Assembly: GCA_964291215.2 (NCBI GenBank)
Contig: OZ219790.1
Coordinates: 288,001-352,000, forward strand
Reading direction: 5' to 3'
Origin: Alphaproteobacteria bacterium
GTDB taxonomy: Bacteria; Pseudomonadota; Alphaproteobacteria; MPNO01; UBA830
Length of the DNA stretch: 64,000 bases
Shown here in pieces: positions 10,511-21,477 of the stretch (position 1 is its first letter; each line of letters opens with the position of its first letter). The notes under the pieces were generated by a model. The model searched no databases, was not told where the DNA came from, and worked only from the letters and a program-made list of their open reading frames with translations. The translations under genes and the position numbers were made by a program.

Positions 10511-13202
10511 CCCCGTTCCATAGTGAAGTGCAACACATGATGGGCTGTGGCCATGTGTTTTTAGACGCATGATGTTGCGGAGCGGTAGCGGCGAGAGTTC
10601 CTGTACAAGATGAAGGGAGCTTGTTCATGTCCAAAGGCTACCGTCACCTACGAAGAGCGATGCCAGATTGAGGCAGAAAAGCGGTCTTTCACAAGGTGCG
10701 ATTGCTCGGCAGCTGGGCCGTTCAACAATTTTCCGGGAGATCAAGGCGCAACACCGGGGGACGGGGTTACCGTCACAAGCAGGCGCAAAGGATGGCAGAA
10801 ACGCAGGGCAGCCTCGACTGTTTCCTGGCGGTTGACGCCTCGGGTTGAAGCTCAGAAAAAGCTGCGGGAGGGCCCCGAGCAGCGGCCGTTTTCGACTGGA
10901 GGGCCGTGGGTCGGCAACGGATCCATGATCGCCGAAGATCGGAGAGCCGGGGGCGTCTTGTGGAAGAAGCTTCGGCGGCGCGGCAAGAAGCCGAACTGGA
11001 AGGGCGGATGCCATTCCGGCCGGGTGGACATTTCCGAGCGCCCTGCGGAGGCAAAGGAACGGGTCGGCGACCGGGAGCCATCATCGGCAAAGCTCACAGT
11101 GGAGCTGTCGTGTCGCTCGTGCCACGAAATACGCCTTGCCGGGTGGACAGAAGACACGGTCGGTATGATCTGCCTGCTCGGCTCTGGTGCGCTATTGGTC
11201 CACACAATCACGTCAGACAACGGAGTTCGCAGACCACAGGCGTGTCGCACTTGACGCAGATTTCTTCTTCGCCTGTATCTACTCACCCCTTGTTGGGTTC
11301 TGATTCATAGTGCTCGTTGATGATGTCTGCGGCTTTTCCGTCGAGGGCGATCTGGGTGGCGACGAGTGGGTTGTAGCCGAGTGCGGCCATGGAGGTGAGG
11401 TAGCTTGAGCTCCGGCACCATGCTTTTGCGTGGAGCGGAAGCATCCGGACACCTTGACCTTTGCCATCCTGATCTTCTGTTCTCCGGCATTGTTGGTGAA
11501 GCTGACGTTGGGGTCGTCTGTGAAGCGCAGGTTTTCGTGTTTCACGAGACGTTCGTGCAGGTTGTGCGCGTCGGACTTGCGTCCACGTTTTCCTTTCGGC
11601 GGGATATCGGGCAGTTCCCTGGCGCCCTGATGGTGCGGTAGCGCTTGCGCCCGGCGTCGTTCAGGGTTTTGGATGCGCTCTTGTTGACCTTGTGGCAGAC
11701 CTCGCGGAGCAGGCTCTTCATCAGTCGCGCGGTAGCCTCGACGACGAAGGTCAGTTCGCGCAGCAGGTGGCTGCCGCACAGCTGGTGGCTACACTGGCCC
11801 ATGTACGAGGCCCAGGACGCCCTTGTAGCACGGGCCGATCTCTTGCCTCCCGGCCGCGCTTGCGGTGCGGGAACTTGCACGTCAGGGTCCCACGACATGG
11901 AGCCACTTACTGTTGATCCGAAATCGTCGACATCGGGCGTTGCAGGAGGTGCGCCACGGCGGCCTCCTCCCATGACGCATCGTGAAAGCATAGCTGAGGC
12001 CTCGGAGAGCTTGATGCCGGAGATCGCCTGCACGAACGCGACGGCGCAGGGACAGCATTTGGGCAACCAGCAGGTTGATGACGAGGGCCTGAATGCCGAT
12101 GCCGTACTGCACGGGATGTTGTCGGGGAACCGGCCCTTGCACTTCGGGCATTCCTTGATCTCGGCGCGGCGCTCGACGACCTCGAACACGATGTCGTGCG
12201 GCGCTCCCGATCGACGGGGCCGTCGATGTCGGCGCCGCAGGCGTCGCAGGCCGCGACCGTTTCCTCGACGATGGTCTTGCGCAGGTTGTCGCCCATCTGC
12301 CGGTTCGGCTTCGGGCCCTTGCTTCCGGCACGCTCTTGTCCGTCTGTGACGGCGGCAGACCGGAGTTCCGGCTCGTGCGTAGTCTTCTCCAGAAGGACGA
12401 CGATGAGGATGTCGAACAGGATGACGAAGACGCGGATCACGGCCTCTTCCGCCACCTTGCCGGCCGCACGCAGCGCCTTGGCCGCTTCGAACTCCTCGCG
12501 CGCCGCCCGTCGCCATCACCCGGCCTTGCGCTTCATCAGCGCGCCGCCTCCGAGATGCGTTTCCACATACAGATCATGCGGAGGCTGGAGCCCCGGAAGC
12601 AGCTGGCACAGCCCGCTCGTCGCCTTCGATCCAAAGTAGCCCACTGGCGGTCCCCGTCGTTCTCGATGACCACCACTAAGCGAATCGGCATGCAGTGTCA
12701 AATCTCCACGAAAACCCGTTCGTTACTCTACCCCGACATCAAGCCGGAACCAGGGGGTGAGCAGTTACCTTCGCCTTTCCATTCCCGGGAGCGCGGCTTG
12801 AATGAGCACACCAACGGCCTGGTGCGGGAGTACTTCCCGAAGGGCACGGACTTTCGCGCGACATGCAACGAAGATGTTCAGAAGGTGCAGGCTCGGCTCA
12901 ACACTCGGAAAGTCCCGGGATCGCCGACGGAGGTAATCTTGAAGTGAAACCGACCTGACCATCTGCGCCATGTTCCGCAGCCGCAAAGTGCAGCAGGGTC
13001 CATGCCGCGCGACGACGAATTAGTGGCTTGAAGCCGACAAAGGCGTTGCATAAGCTCGATGTTGAAGGAACTGAAGCTGTTCCCAGGCGGAATCGAGAGG
13101 GGCAGAGGGGGAAAACTTGTGCAACATCCGGCCCTCATCTCCGTTCGGGCTACGCCCTCACTGCGATGAGGGCCGGATGTTGCACTTCAGACTGGAAGTG
13201 GG
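10511..13202 (+). mobile_element. IS30-family element, degraded and interrupted by an IS66
   Basis: Fragments DISERP, TITSDNG and HSRERGLNEHTNGLVREYFPKGTDF; TIR core TGAAGTGCAACA / TGTTGCACTTCA; long hairpin at about 13119-13184. Confidence 0.85.
11275..12768 (-). mobile_element. IS66-family element, degraded, with a DNA methylase N-terminal relic
   Basis: Ends GTAACTGCTCACCC / GGGTGAGTAGATAC; 8-bp TSD CTTCGCCT; fragments HQLCGSHLLRELT, FTNNAGEQKIRMAKVK and GYFGSKATSG. Confidence 0.88.
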
Positions 13203-13329
13203 GAGTCATACGCCCACTCCAGCGGAGTGTTACGGATAAACAGGAAGCGTGAGGTGCTGACTGGCGTCGTGCCCACGCGCCGGTCAACAGTATGCAGGCG
13301 CCATCAAAATTCTGTCGCGTCGCGCATAG

Positions 13330-14415
13330 TTACTCGCGCTCGGCCAGAAGCGACAGGAGCGGCGGGTTGATGTAGAGGTTCTCGCGCCCCGCCTTGATCT
13401 CTTTGAGGAGGCCTTCGGCCGTAAGGGCTTTCAGGTAGGCAGCGGCCGTCTGGCGCTTGGCGATATCCGCTCTGACCACGTCACCAATCCGGCAGTAGGG
13501 ATGCACGAAGATCAGTTCCGCCAGTTCCCGGGAGTAGATCTTCGGCATCCTCTGTCGAATTGTGACCCCCGTCTCGTCGAGGAGCTCACGAATCGCATGG
13601 ATTTTCGCCGTGGTCCATTCGGCTGTCGTTTTGACAGCATCGAGAACGAACAGTATCCATACCTCCCAGTTCTGTTGGGTTGTCACCTCGAACAGATATC
13701 GGTAGTAGAGCACCTTGTTCTGGATGATGTGCCGGCTGAGATAAAGGACGGGAACGTCGAGCAGGCCCTTGTCGACGAGATAGAGCAGGTTCAGTACGCG
13801 CCCGGTCCGGCCGTTTCCGTCGACGAACGGATGGATCGCCTCGAACTGATAATGCATGACCGCAAGGCGGATCAGCGGGTCGATCTCCTCAGCCTCGTGA
13901 ATGTAACGCTCCCAATTGGCCAGCTTGCTCCGGAGAACATCCTCTCCCTCCGGCGGCGTGTAGATGATCTCGCCGGCCGCATCGTTCACCAACGCCGTTC
14001 CCGGCGTGGTGCGAATGTCGAGTTCCACCCCTTTGATCGTTCGACAGACCTCGACAGCCATGGCGGTCGCAACCGGCCGCTGGCCCAGCATCTCGAAACC
14101 ACGGTGCAGGGCAGTGCGGTAGCGCAGTGCCTCCTTGGTGGCAGGGTCGGCTCGACCAGCCGGGTCGTTGGCATAACGGAACAGCCGGTCAGTCGTCGTG
14201 ACGATGTTCTCGATCTCGGAACTCGCCTGGGCTTCGAGCAGGGGGATCGAATTGATCAGCATCGCCTGATTCGGAATGAGCTCCCCGGAAACGCGGAGCT
14301 CGGCCAATGCCGCACGCGCGGCAATGCAACTCCGAAGAATGGCCTTGGTCTCGGTTTCCGAGGCCGGCGGCAAGTCCGGAAGGTCATTGAAAGGACGGCC
14401 GGGGTCGAAGGTCAT
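13330..14415 (-). CDS. fic: Fic-domain protein adenylyltransferase (SoFic-like, class II)
   Basis: HPFVDGNGRTGR Fic motif, SSEIEN inhibitory motif, C-terminal wHTH-like region; start MTFDPGRP. Confidence 0.92.
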   Translation of the reverse strand: MTFDPGRPFNDLPDLPPASETETKAILRSCIAARAALAELRVSGELIPNQAMLINSIPLLEAQASSEIENIVTTTDRLFRYANDPAGRADPATKEALRYRTALHRGFEMLGQRPVATAMAVEVCRTIKGVELDIRTTPGTALVNDAAGEIIYTPPEGEDVLRSKLANWERYIHEAEEIDPLIRLAVMHYQFEAIHPFVDGNGRTGRVLNLLYLVDKGLLDVPVLYLSRHIIQNKVLYYRYLFEVTTQQNWEVWILFVLDAVKTTAEWTTAKIHAIRELLDETGVTIRQRMPKIYSRELAELIFVHPYCRIGDVVRADIAKRQTAAAYLKALTAEGLLKEIKAGRENLYINPPLLSLLAERE

Positions 14416-14450
14416 GTCGATGTATCCTGACTCTTTCGACGCGTGTTCCG

Positions 14451-14516
14451 AACATGTCGATCTCATCGACGTTTCACTCAAACATGTCGATACAGATAGA
14501 ATATATCGACATGTTT
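14451..14516. promoter_or_regulatory. Repeated AACATGTCGAT boxes upstream of fic, candidate operator
   Basis: Direct copies at 14451 and 14481, inverted copy at 14505-14515; 13-bp-arm palindrome at 14480-14516. Confidence 0.5.
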
Positions 14517-14642
14517 GGTCGTGGCAAGCAGGTGAGCCAGTAATGTGGACCGCTGTCAATCAGGTATCTCGCACCCTGTCAATAGCAGACGACAAGCTAC
14601 GGACTCACGCATACCTCTTGTAGATCAAAGGGTTGCGGCAGA

Positions 14643-14699
14643 TCAGATTGGGATTTGGATCAAATATCGGTCTCGGTGGTTGCCTGCCCCCGCAACCAC
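14643..14699 (-). other. att scar: tRNA-Met 3'-end core plus displaced serine-recombinase C-terminal tail
   Basis: CCTGCCCCCGCAACCA at 14683-14698 (+); the minus strand reads VVAGAGNHRDRYLIQIPI*. Confidence 0.65.
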
Positions 14700-14770
14700 T
14701 TCTGTTATAACTTCATAGAATGTGAGATATAACAATCACTTAGGCTGCCACGAGGCGGCCTTAGCTGTTT

Positions 14771-15799
14771 GTAAGCGTTTGTTCATGCGGTGATGACGAT
14801 CTGCGCTGAGGTTTGTTTTGGTGATTCGGAGAAGGGGGCTGATAAATTTTTTTGGCGGTGCCATCAGGTCGTGCATGGTCATGTGCATCGAGGATTTCGT
14901 GTCATCATCGGGTGCGGACGCCGCTGGCGACGTGCCGCAGTCGTCGTGTCGTGATTCGGTCACCTGGAAGTCCCTGTACGATCGCGAGCGTATTCGGGCC
15001 GAGGCGGCGGAGGGTCTCTGTGAGGAGCTGCGCTTGCAGGAGGTGGAGGAGCGCAGCCGCACGAATTCCCTGAAGGCGATTTTCGAGAGCAATCGCGAGA
15101 AGCTGTCAGCTGCCCGTGCGGAGGTCAGGGAAGTTCGGCGGACGGCGAAGCAGTCTCTTGCGCTGAAGCAGGAGGTTGCACGTCCGGGCCAGCTTCTTGC
15201 CGAGGCCGGCGCGCGGAAGCGGTCGACGGTGGTATCACTGCGCATGGAGAATGCTGGCCTGAAGACCGCGATGAAGATTCTGAAGGGTCGGGGCGGAGAA
15301 CGACAAGCTTCGTTCGAACAGGTCGTACGGGCGCAAGAGCGAGAAGAGGCAGCGGGCGCCATCGAGGCGCGGCCAGCAGTGCGGCACTCCTGGCCGCGGC
15401 CGGCGCTCGAGGAGGTGGAGGAGCGGCTGGAGGTGGCGGAGGACGCCTGCTCGTGCTGCGTTGCCAACGGTTCGCACCAGGATCATCGAGATCAAAAGCG
15501 GCGGATTGTCCGCCCACGCCGGGGCTGTGACTGCCCCGGTTCACCGAGCAAGGTGGCGGCGCGGGATTACACCAAGCACCGGAACGATTCTGCCAGGACT
15601 TTCTCACGCTGCATTCAATCTTGTCGACTGCTGATGAAGGGAGGTTGCACAGAGCCAACCCTGCCTGATTTTCTGGCCGCGGGGCCGTCCACGGATCGCC
15701 GCAGCCGGAAAACCTGGCAAGAATGCGGAACTTTGTGCTCCGTTCAGTGGTCATTCAAAACATCAACCACAGCTTGGGAAAGTCCTACTGAGCAGTTAC
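14771..15799 (+). mobile_element. Chimeric IS66-like debris
   Basis: Starts GTAAGCG and ends GAGCAGTTAC; coiled-coil plus EDACSCC zinc-finger remnant; the two ends do not match each other. Confidence 0.55.
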
Positions 15800-15807
15800 C
15801 CATATTT

Positions 15808-17395
15808 GTAACTGCTCACCCCCTGGTTCCGGCTTGATGTCGGGGTAGAGTAACGAACGGGTTTTCGTGGAGATTTGACACTGCAGGCCGATTCGTTTAG
15901 TGGTGGTCATCGAGAACGACGGGGACCGCCAATGGGCTACTTTGGTCGAAGGGTACTGTAACTTGATGTCTGGAAATTTGTCTGAGGTTTGCGCTTTGAG
16001 GCGTTTCACTGGGGGGCTAGCCCCCCCCCCCAGTGAAACGCGGCGCCATCGTACTATCCCATGGAGTTGTAAAACATTCATGGAGGAAGCGAATGGACCT
16101 GCGACACACTACGACGATTGAGGCCGTTTTGGAACATCTGATCGCAAACGGAGCAACGGATCTGGGGCGGATCTTTGGTCAGTTCTTCGAGCTTGCGATG
16201 CAAATCGAGCGCGAGCAGTACTTGAAAGCGGGCCACCGGACACCGGAGCGACAGGGCTATGCCAACGGCTACAAGCGGATCGACACCCCCACTGTTGCCG
16301 TTCAGGTGCCAAAGACAGCCGGTCACGGGGACGACCCCCCCAGTCGCTTGAACGCGGCCAGCGATCTTCTCGCGCCGTAGCCGAGATGTACATCAAGGGT
16401 GTTTCCACACGGCAGGATGTAATGCGCGAGTTCGGGAGCCTGTCCTCTTCTCAGGGGGCCACCAGGTTGCTCGATGAAGAACTCGCCGCGCAACCGGCCC
16501 CTGATGAAATACCTGGATGCGCGCTACGAAAAAGCCCGCCATGACGGCGTTGTGCGCGATGTCGCAGTGCTCTCGGCCATCGGAATAGGGGCTGCAGGCA
16601 CGTTCTGGGGCTCTCTGTGGCGCTCTCCGAGGCCGAGGTCCATTGGAGAGCCTTCCTGGAAAGCTTGCTAGCCCTGCATGGTACGACCTTCATCGTCTCG
16701 GATGCCGGGCTGAAAGCGGCACGGTGCTGGGCGCGGCGACATGGCAGCGCTGCCAGTTCCACCTGGCACAAAACGCCGTGCACCGAACAACGACATCAGG
16801 AAACGTATTGGAAAACAGCTCGGAGCCATGCGTCCTCACTCCAAACCGCCGAGGCTGAACTGGGCGCCCTCGTGGCCAGCGACAAGCATCCAAGCTTCCT
16901 GGCTGGAAAAGAATGCGGGGCTCGCTGTCTTCACCTTGCCCGATGCTCACCACAAGCGTATGCGAACCTCGAACGGCATCGAGCGACCGATCCAGCAAGA
17001 GCTCAAGCGGCGCACCTACAAAGTCAGGGTCTTTCCGAACCTCGCCTCGTTGGAGCGCCTCTCAACCGCAGTCCTCATCGACGAAAAATGGGAAACCGAA
17101 ACCAAGATCAAATGGGAACAGCTCGATGACTGAGAGCTTCACGACAATTTCCAGACATCAGGTTGCGTAATCAACAATGCCGGAGAACAGAAGATCAGGA
17201 TGGCAAAGGTCAAGGTGTCCGGATGCTTCCGCTCCACGCAAAAGCATGGTGCCGGGGCTCAAGCTACCTCACCTCCATGGCCGCACTCGGCTACAACCCA
17301 CTCGTTGCCACCCAGATCGCCCTCGACGGAAAAGCCGCAGATATCATCAACGAGCACTACGGCCAATCAGAACCCAACTAGGGGTGAGTAGATAC
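15808..17395 (+). mobile_element. Second copy of the 11275-12768 IS66, internally deleted, with IS256 inside
   Basis: Same ends as the first copy; 8-bp TSD CCATATTT at 15800-15807 and 17396-17403. Confidence 0.85.
15952..17172 (+). mobile_element. IS256-family element, degraded (copy 1)
   Basis: TIR core TGATGTCTGGAAATT; fragments LDARYEKAR, WQRCQFHLAQNA and RTSNGIERPIQQELKRRT. Confidence 0.9.
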
Positions 17396-17532
17396 CCATA
17401 TTTTACATTTCAAGGAAAATATGATTGCATTCCAAAGAGATCAAGCAAAAGGTCGGGCAGCGGGCGCGGGCGGTGCCACGACCCGCGCCATGGCAATCAA
17501 AGTGCCCGACACGGCCGAGGGGAGGGAGTGTA

Positions 17533-17844
17533 TTGGACCTGCCAGTCTGTACGCCGGACCGCCCGACGAGCGACGCTTGGAGCAGTGTCCGGCCATCAGC
17601 ATCTTCCGGCGAGCGGCGCGAGCGGATTTCTTCGTCGGACCCGGCCCGCATCTTCGACGAGCAACGACTGATCCGCATCGGCCTGCTGTTACCGCTGAGC
17701 GGATCGAGCGAATTGCATGGCCCGTCCGGCCGCTCTTGCGCCCAGCTGGCTGCGGAGGAAATCAACGCCCTCGGCGGCATGCTGGGTCGGCGCATCCAGC
17801 AATCGTTTCTGCAGTTCGCCCCAAACAAAGACAATCCCAAATGA
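17533..17844 (+). pseudogene. Truncated AmiC/UrtA-like amide-binding protein
   Basis: RIGLLLPLSGSSELHGPSGRSCAQLAAEEINALGGMLGRRIQ is only the N-terminal part of the fold; stop overlaps the amidase ATG. Confidence 0.65.
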
Positions 17845-19256
17845 GCAATCCTTCCGACTGGACTGCATCGGAGGCGCTGCGCGAGATCGGCGCCCGGCGC
17901 ATTTCGCCGCGCGAATATGCCGAAGCCCTGCTGGCCCAATGCGACGCTGCGGCCGGGCTGAACGCTTTCATCCATCTCGATCCCGAAAGGGTGCTCGCCG
18001 CCGCCGACCGGGTGACTGCGGGCGACTGCAGCCGGCTGCGCGGGCTGCCGGTCCCGGTAAAGGATAATTTCGATACCGCCGATATGCTGACGACCGGCGG
18101 CACGCCGGGGCTGCGCGACCACCGGCCGGCGCACAACGCGCCCGTTGTCCAGCGATTGGTCGACGAGGGCGCCATTGTCATGGGCAAGCTCAACATGCAT
18201 GAGCTGGCCTTCGGCATTACCTCGAACAACAGCGCTTTCGGTCCGGTGCGCAACCCCTACGATTCGAACCGGATTCCCGGCGGCAGCAGTGGCGGTTCAG
18301 GCGTCGCGGTCGCAGCGCGAATGGCGCCGGTTGCGATGGGCTCGGACACCGGCGGTTCGGTGCGCATCCCGGCCGCCCTTTGCGGCGTGGCGGGCCTGCG
18401 CCCGACGACAGGGCGATACAGCCAAGACGGCATCGTGCCGATCTCCCACACCCGCGATACGGCCGGCCCGCTGGCCCGATCAGTCGAAGATCTCGCGTTG
18501 TTCGACAGCATCATAACTGGTGCGCCGGACAATCTGCCGGCCGTTTCTCTCGAAGGGGTGCGGATCGGTATACCCCGCGGTCACTTTTTCGAGAACCTGC
18601 ACCCCGAAACCGCCCGCGTGGCCGAACAAGCGCTGACCGCTCTCGCCGCGGCCGGCGCCGTGCCGGTCGAAGCGGACATGCCGGATGTACCGAAGCTGGA
18701 CGAGGCCGCAGGCTTCCCGATCGCACTTTACGAAACCGGCGTCGATCTGAACCGCTACCTGTCGGGCCACGGGCTGCCGATCGACTACGCCGCCTTGGTA
18801 GGCGCCGCAGCCAGCCCGGACGTCGCCGGCCTGTTGCAGAGCCTGACGACGGCGGAGGGCGCGATCCCGGAGGCAGTCTACCGCGAGGCGCTCGCCACGA
18901 CGCGCCCGGCACTCCAGGCAGCCTATGCCGACTGGTTCACGACGAACGACGTTCTGGCGGCGATCTTCCCCACGACGCCTTTGCCCGCCGCGCGGATCGG
19001 CGAGGACGAGACCGTCGAACTGAACGGCGAGTTGGTGCCGACTTTCGTCACCTTCATCCGTAACACTAGCCCGTCGAGCGTCGCCGGCCTCCCCGGCGTC
19101 ACCCTGCCGGCCGGCCTGTCCGCTGATGGCCTTCCCATCGGCATGGAACTCGACGGCCCGGCCGGCAGCGACCGCGCCTTGCTGGCGCTCAGCGCCGCGG
19201 TCGAACAAATCCTGCCAGTTACCCCGGCTCCGACTTCAAGCGAGGCCGGCGAATGA
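17841..19256 (+). CDS. Amidase-signature family hydrolase (indoleacetamide hydrolase-like)
   Basis: PVKDNF, GGSSGG and GSDTGGSVRIPA (Ser-cisSer-Lys triad). Confidence 0.92.
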   Translation: MSNPSDWTASEALREIGARRISPREYAEALLAQCDAAAGLNAFIHLDPERVLAAADRVTAGDCSRLRGLPVPVKDNFDTADMLTTGGTPGLRDHRPAHNAPVVQRLVDEGAIVMGKLNMHELAFGITSNNSAFGPVRNPYDSNRIPGGSSGGSGVAVAARMAPVAMGSDTGGSVRIPAALCGVAGLRPTTGRYSQDGIVPISHTRDTAGPLARSVEDLALFDSIITGAPDNLPAVSLEGVRIGIPRGHFFENLHPETARVAEQALTALAAAGAVPVEADMPDVPKLDEAAGFPIALYETGVDLNRYLSGHGLPIDYAALVGAAASPDVAGLLQSLTTAEGAIPEAVYREALATTRPALQAAYADWFTTNDVLAAIFPTTPLPAARIGEDETVELNGELVPTFVTFIRNTSPSSVAGLPGVTLPAGLSADGLPIGMELDGPAGSDRALLALSAAVEQILPVTPAPTSSEAGE

Positions 19257-19305
19257 ACCGCCGGCCTCCAAAGGTCGGTAGGCCTTTCAACAGGGAGTGA
19301 ATGTC

Positions 19306-20493
19306 ATGACCAAAATGTCCAATCCGATCTCGCGCCGCCATTTCGTCGCCGGCGCTGTGGGGACAGGCGCGGCCGTCGCCGCGCCGGCCGTCCTGACCGG
19401 CGCGCGAGCCTCCGGGGAATTCAAAATGGCCACTTTCCTGGCATTGAGCGGTCCGGCCTCGCTGTTCGGGCCGACGCAGACCGCATGCGCCAAGCTGGCC
19501 GTCGATCAGATCAACGCAACCGGTGGCATCGGCGGCCGCAAGGTAACGGTCATCCCGACCGATGGCGGCGCAACCCCGGCCGAAGCCGCCAAGGCGGCGA
19601 TCCGGCTGATGCTGCGCGACAAGGTCGATTTCGTGCTCGGTTCTCACGATAGTGCGGTGCGCGAGGCGATCGTCGCGGCGCTCAGGGGGCGGGTGCCCTA
19701 CGTCTACACACCGCTCTACGAAGGCGGGGAATGCAACCTCAACGTCTATGTGACGGCGGACACGCCCCAGCAGCAGGTCCAGCCTTCGATCTCGTGGCTG
19801 GCGAAAACCCTAGGCGCGAAGACCTACTACCTGATCGGCAACGACTATGTCTGGCCGCACAAGACCAACGAGCAGGCGAAGAAATATATCGCGGCGGCCG
19901 GCGGCAAGGTAGTCGGCGAGGAATATCTCCCGCTCGGTGCGCCAAACAAGTTCGAAGACGCGGTGACACGGATCAAGGCGAAGAAGCCCGACCTCGTGGT
20001 CATCACCCTAGTCGGCGGCGATAACGTCAATTTCAACCGGACCTTCGCCGGCTTCGGCCTCGACAAGTCGATCAAACGCGTCTCCTACCTGCTGGAGGAG
20101 CTGACCCTGTTCGGCATCGGTGCCGAGAACAGCGCCGGCCTGTACAGTGCGATGTCCTATTTCGTGAGCGAGAAAAGCGGGGCTAACGCCAAGTTCACGG
20201 CTAGCTTCGCCAAGGCCTTCGCACCCAAGCCGCCGCCGCTCAGCATGCTCGGCGCAGACGTCTATTCCGGCGTCTACTGCGCCAAGGCACTGGTCGACAA
20301 GGCGGGCGGAGCGACAGATGCCGGCAAGCTCATGGCGGCGGCCAACAACCTCAGCTACAAGACCGCCACCGGCACGGCCGTGATGACCAACCGGCATGTC
20401 GTCAAGGATATGTACCTTGCCGAATGCAAAGGCACGAGCTTCAACATCGTCGAGAGTTTCAAGGCGGTGGCGCACGGCCAAACCTGCAGCTGA
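19306..20493 (+). CDS. Amide/urea-type ABC substrate-binding protein (UrtA/AmiC-like) with Tat signal
   Basis: SRRHFV twin-arginine signal; YTPLYEGGEC and IGNDYVWPH motifs. Confidence 0.88.
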   Translation: MTKMSNPISRRHFVAGAVGTGAAVAAPAVLTGARASGEFKMATFLALSGPASLFGPTQTACAKLAVDQINATGGIGGRKVTVIPTDGGATPAEAAKAAIRLMLRDKVDFVLGSHDSAVREAIVAALRGRVPYVYTPLYEGGECNLNVYVTADTPQQQVQPSISWLAKTLGAKTYYLIGNDYVWPHKTNEQAKKYIAAAGGKVVGEEYLPLGAPNKFEDAVTRIKAKKPDLVVITLVGGDNVNFNRTFAGFGLDKSIKRVSYLLEELTLFGIGAENSAGLYSAMSYFVSEKSGANAKFTASFAKAFAPKPPPLSMLGADVYSGVYCAKALVDKAGGATDAGKLMAAANNLSYKTATGTAVMTNRHVVKDMYLAECKGTSFNIVESFKAVAHGQTCS

Positions 20494-20742
20494 TCGCGGT
20501 TCCGTCCCGAACTCCGGCAGCCGGCACTGACTGCCGGCGCCGCCGGTCGCCTTAGAGACGTCATCGCCCGAAAGGCTGGCGCCATCCGCGTATCCGGCCG
20601 TTCCGCCGCGACCAACTCATGACAAGGCCGGTCCCGATGCGGTAAGGGATGTCAGGCAGGCATGTCGTCGGTTCATCGGTATGCCCGACCCGGAGTTGCC
20701 GGGACGACGACGATAGCGCCCTAGCGTTGGAGGTCTTTTAAC

Positions 20743-21402
20743 ATGACCGAATTGCCCGCCATCGACCTTCCGGCGATCGATTCCGCGGTGATCGTCGTCG
20801 ATATGCAGAATTCATACCTGCACCCGGATGGAGCGTTTGCGCGGCTCTGGCCGAAAATGAACGCGCTGCCCGAGTACGATCCGCAGCGCATGCGCCGGGC
20901 AATTCCCGGCTGCCGCCGGCTGATCCACGCCGCCCACCGGGAGCGGGTTCCAGTTATCTATCTCAAATGTGTTTACTGCCCGGACTATCGGGACGGCGAC
21001 ATTCTGATCCGGGAGGTATGGCCAGCGCTCAAGGATACCAATTTTGTGGCGGCCGGCACCTGGGAAGCCGAGATCGTCGAGGAGCTGACGCCGGCCGAAG
21101 ACAATTTCGTTGTCGAGGAATCGCGCTACAGCGGTTTCTACGCCACCCGCCTGGAAACCATGCTCCGCAGCCTCGGTGCCTCAACCCTGTATATGTGCGG
21201 CGTCGGCACCAGGCACTGCGTCGAGAGCACGGCGCGCGACGCGCATATGCGCAACTACCGGACGTTCATCGTCTCGGATGCGACGGCGGATGTGGGCGAG
21301 GACATGGAGCAAAGCGTCTTTGTCAGTTTCTCGGTGGGGTTCGGCTGGGTCGTGAGCGGCGACGAGATCGTCGCTTCTTGGCAAGCCGGCGGAAGATCGT
21401 AA
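20743..21402 (+). CDS. Cysteine hydrolase / isochorismatase family protein
   Basis: VVDMQN, RYSGF and CVESTARDA motifs. Confidence 0.88.
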   Translation: MTELPAIDLPAIDSAVIVVDMQNSYLHPDGAFARLWPKMNALPEYDPQRMRRAIPGCRRLIHAAHRERVPVIYLKCVYCPDYRDGDILIREVWPALKDTNFVAAGTWEAEIVEELTPAEDNFVVEESRYSGFYATRLETMLRSLGASTLYMCGVGTRHCVESTARDAHMRNYRTFIVSDATADVGEDMEQSVFVSFSVGFGWVVSGDEIVASWQAGGRS

Positions 21403-21477
21403 CGCTGGCGCGCCCGGTCGCCGGCTGCCGACGCCGATTCACTCGCCACCGCACCCGCGCCGGGAGCCCAGCCGCCG

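Noticed and set aside
14683-14698. tRNA gene
   Set aside because: Only the 3' 16 nt match; no T-loop, anticodon arm or D arm.
17421-17840. 140-aa N-terminal extension of the amidase
   Set aside because: Amidase homology starts at MSNPSDW (17841); the upstream DNA encodes an AmiC-like fragment in another frame.
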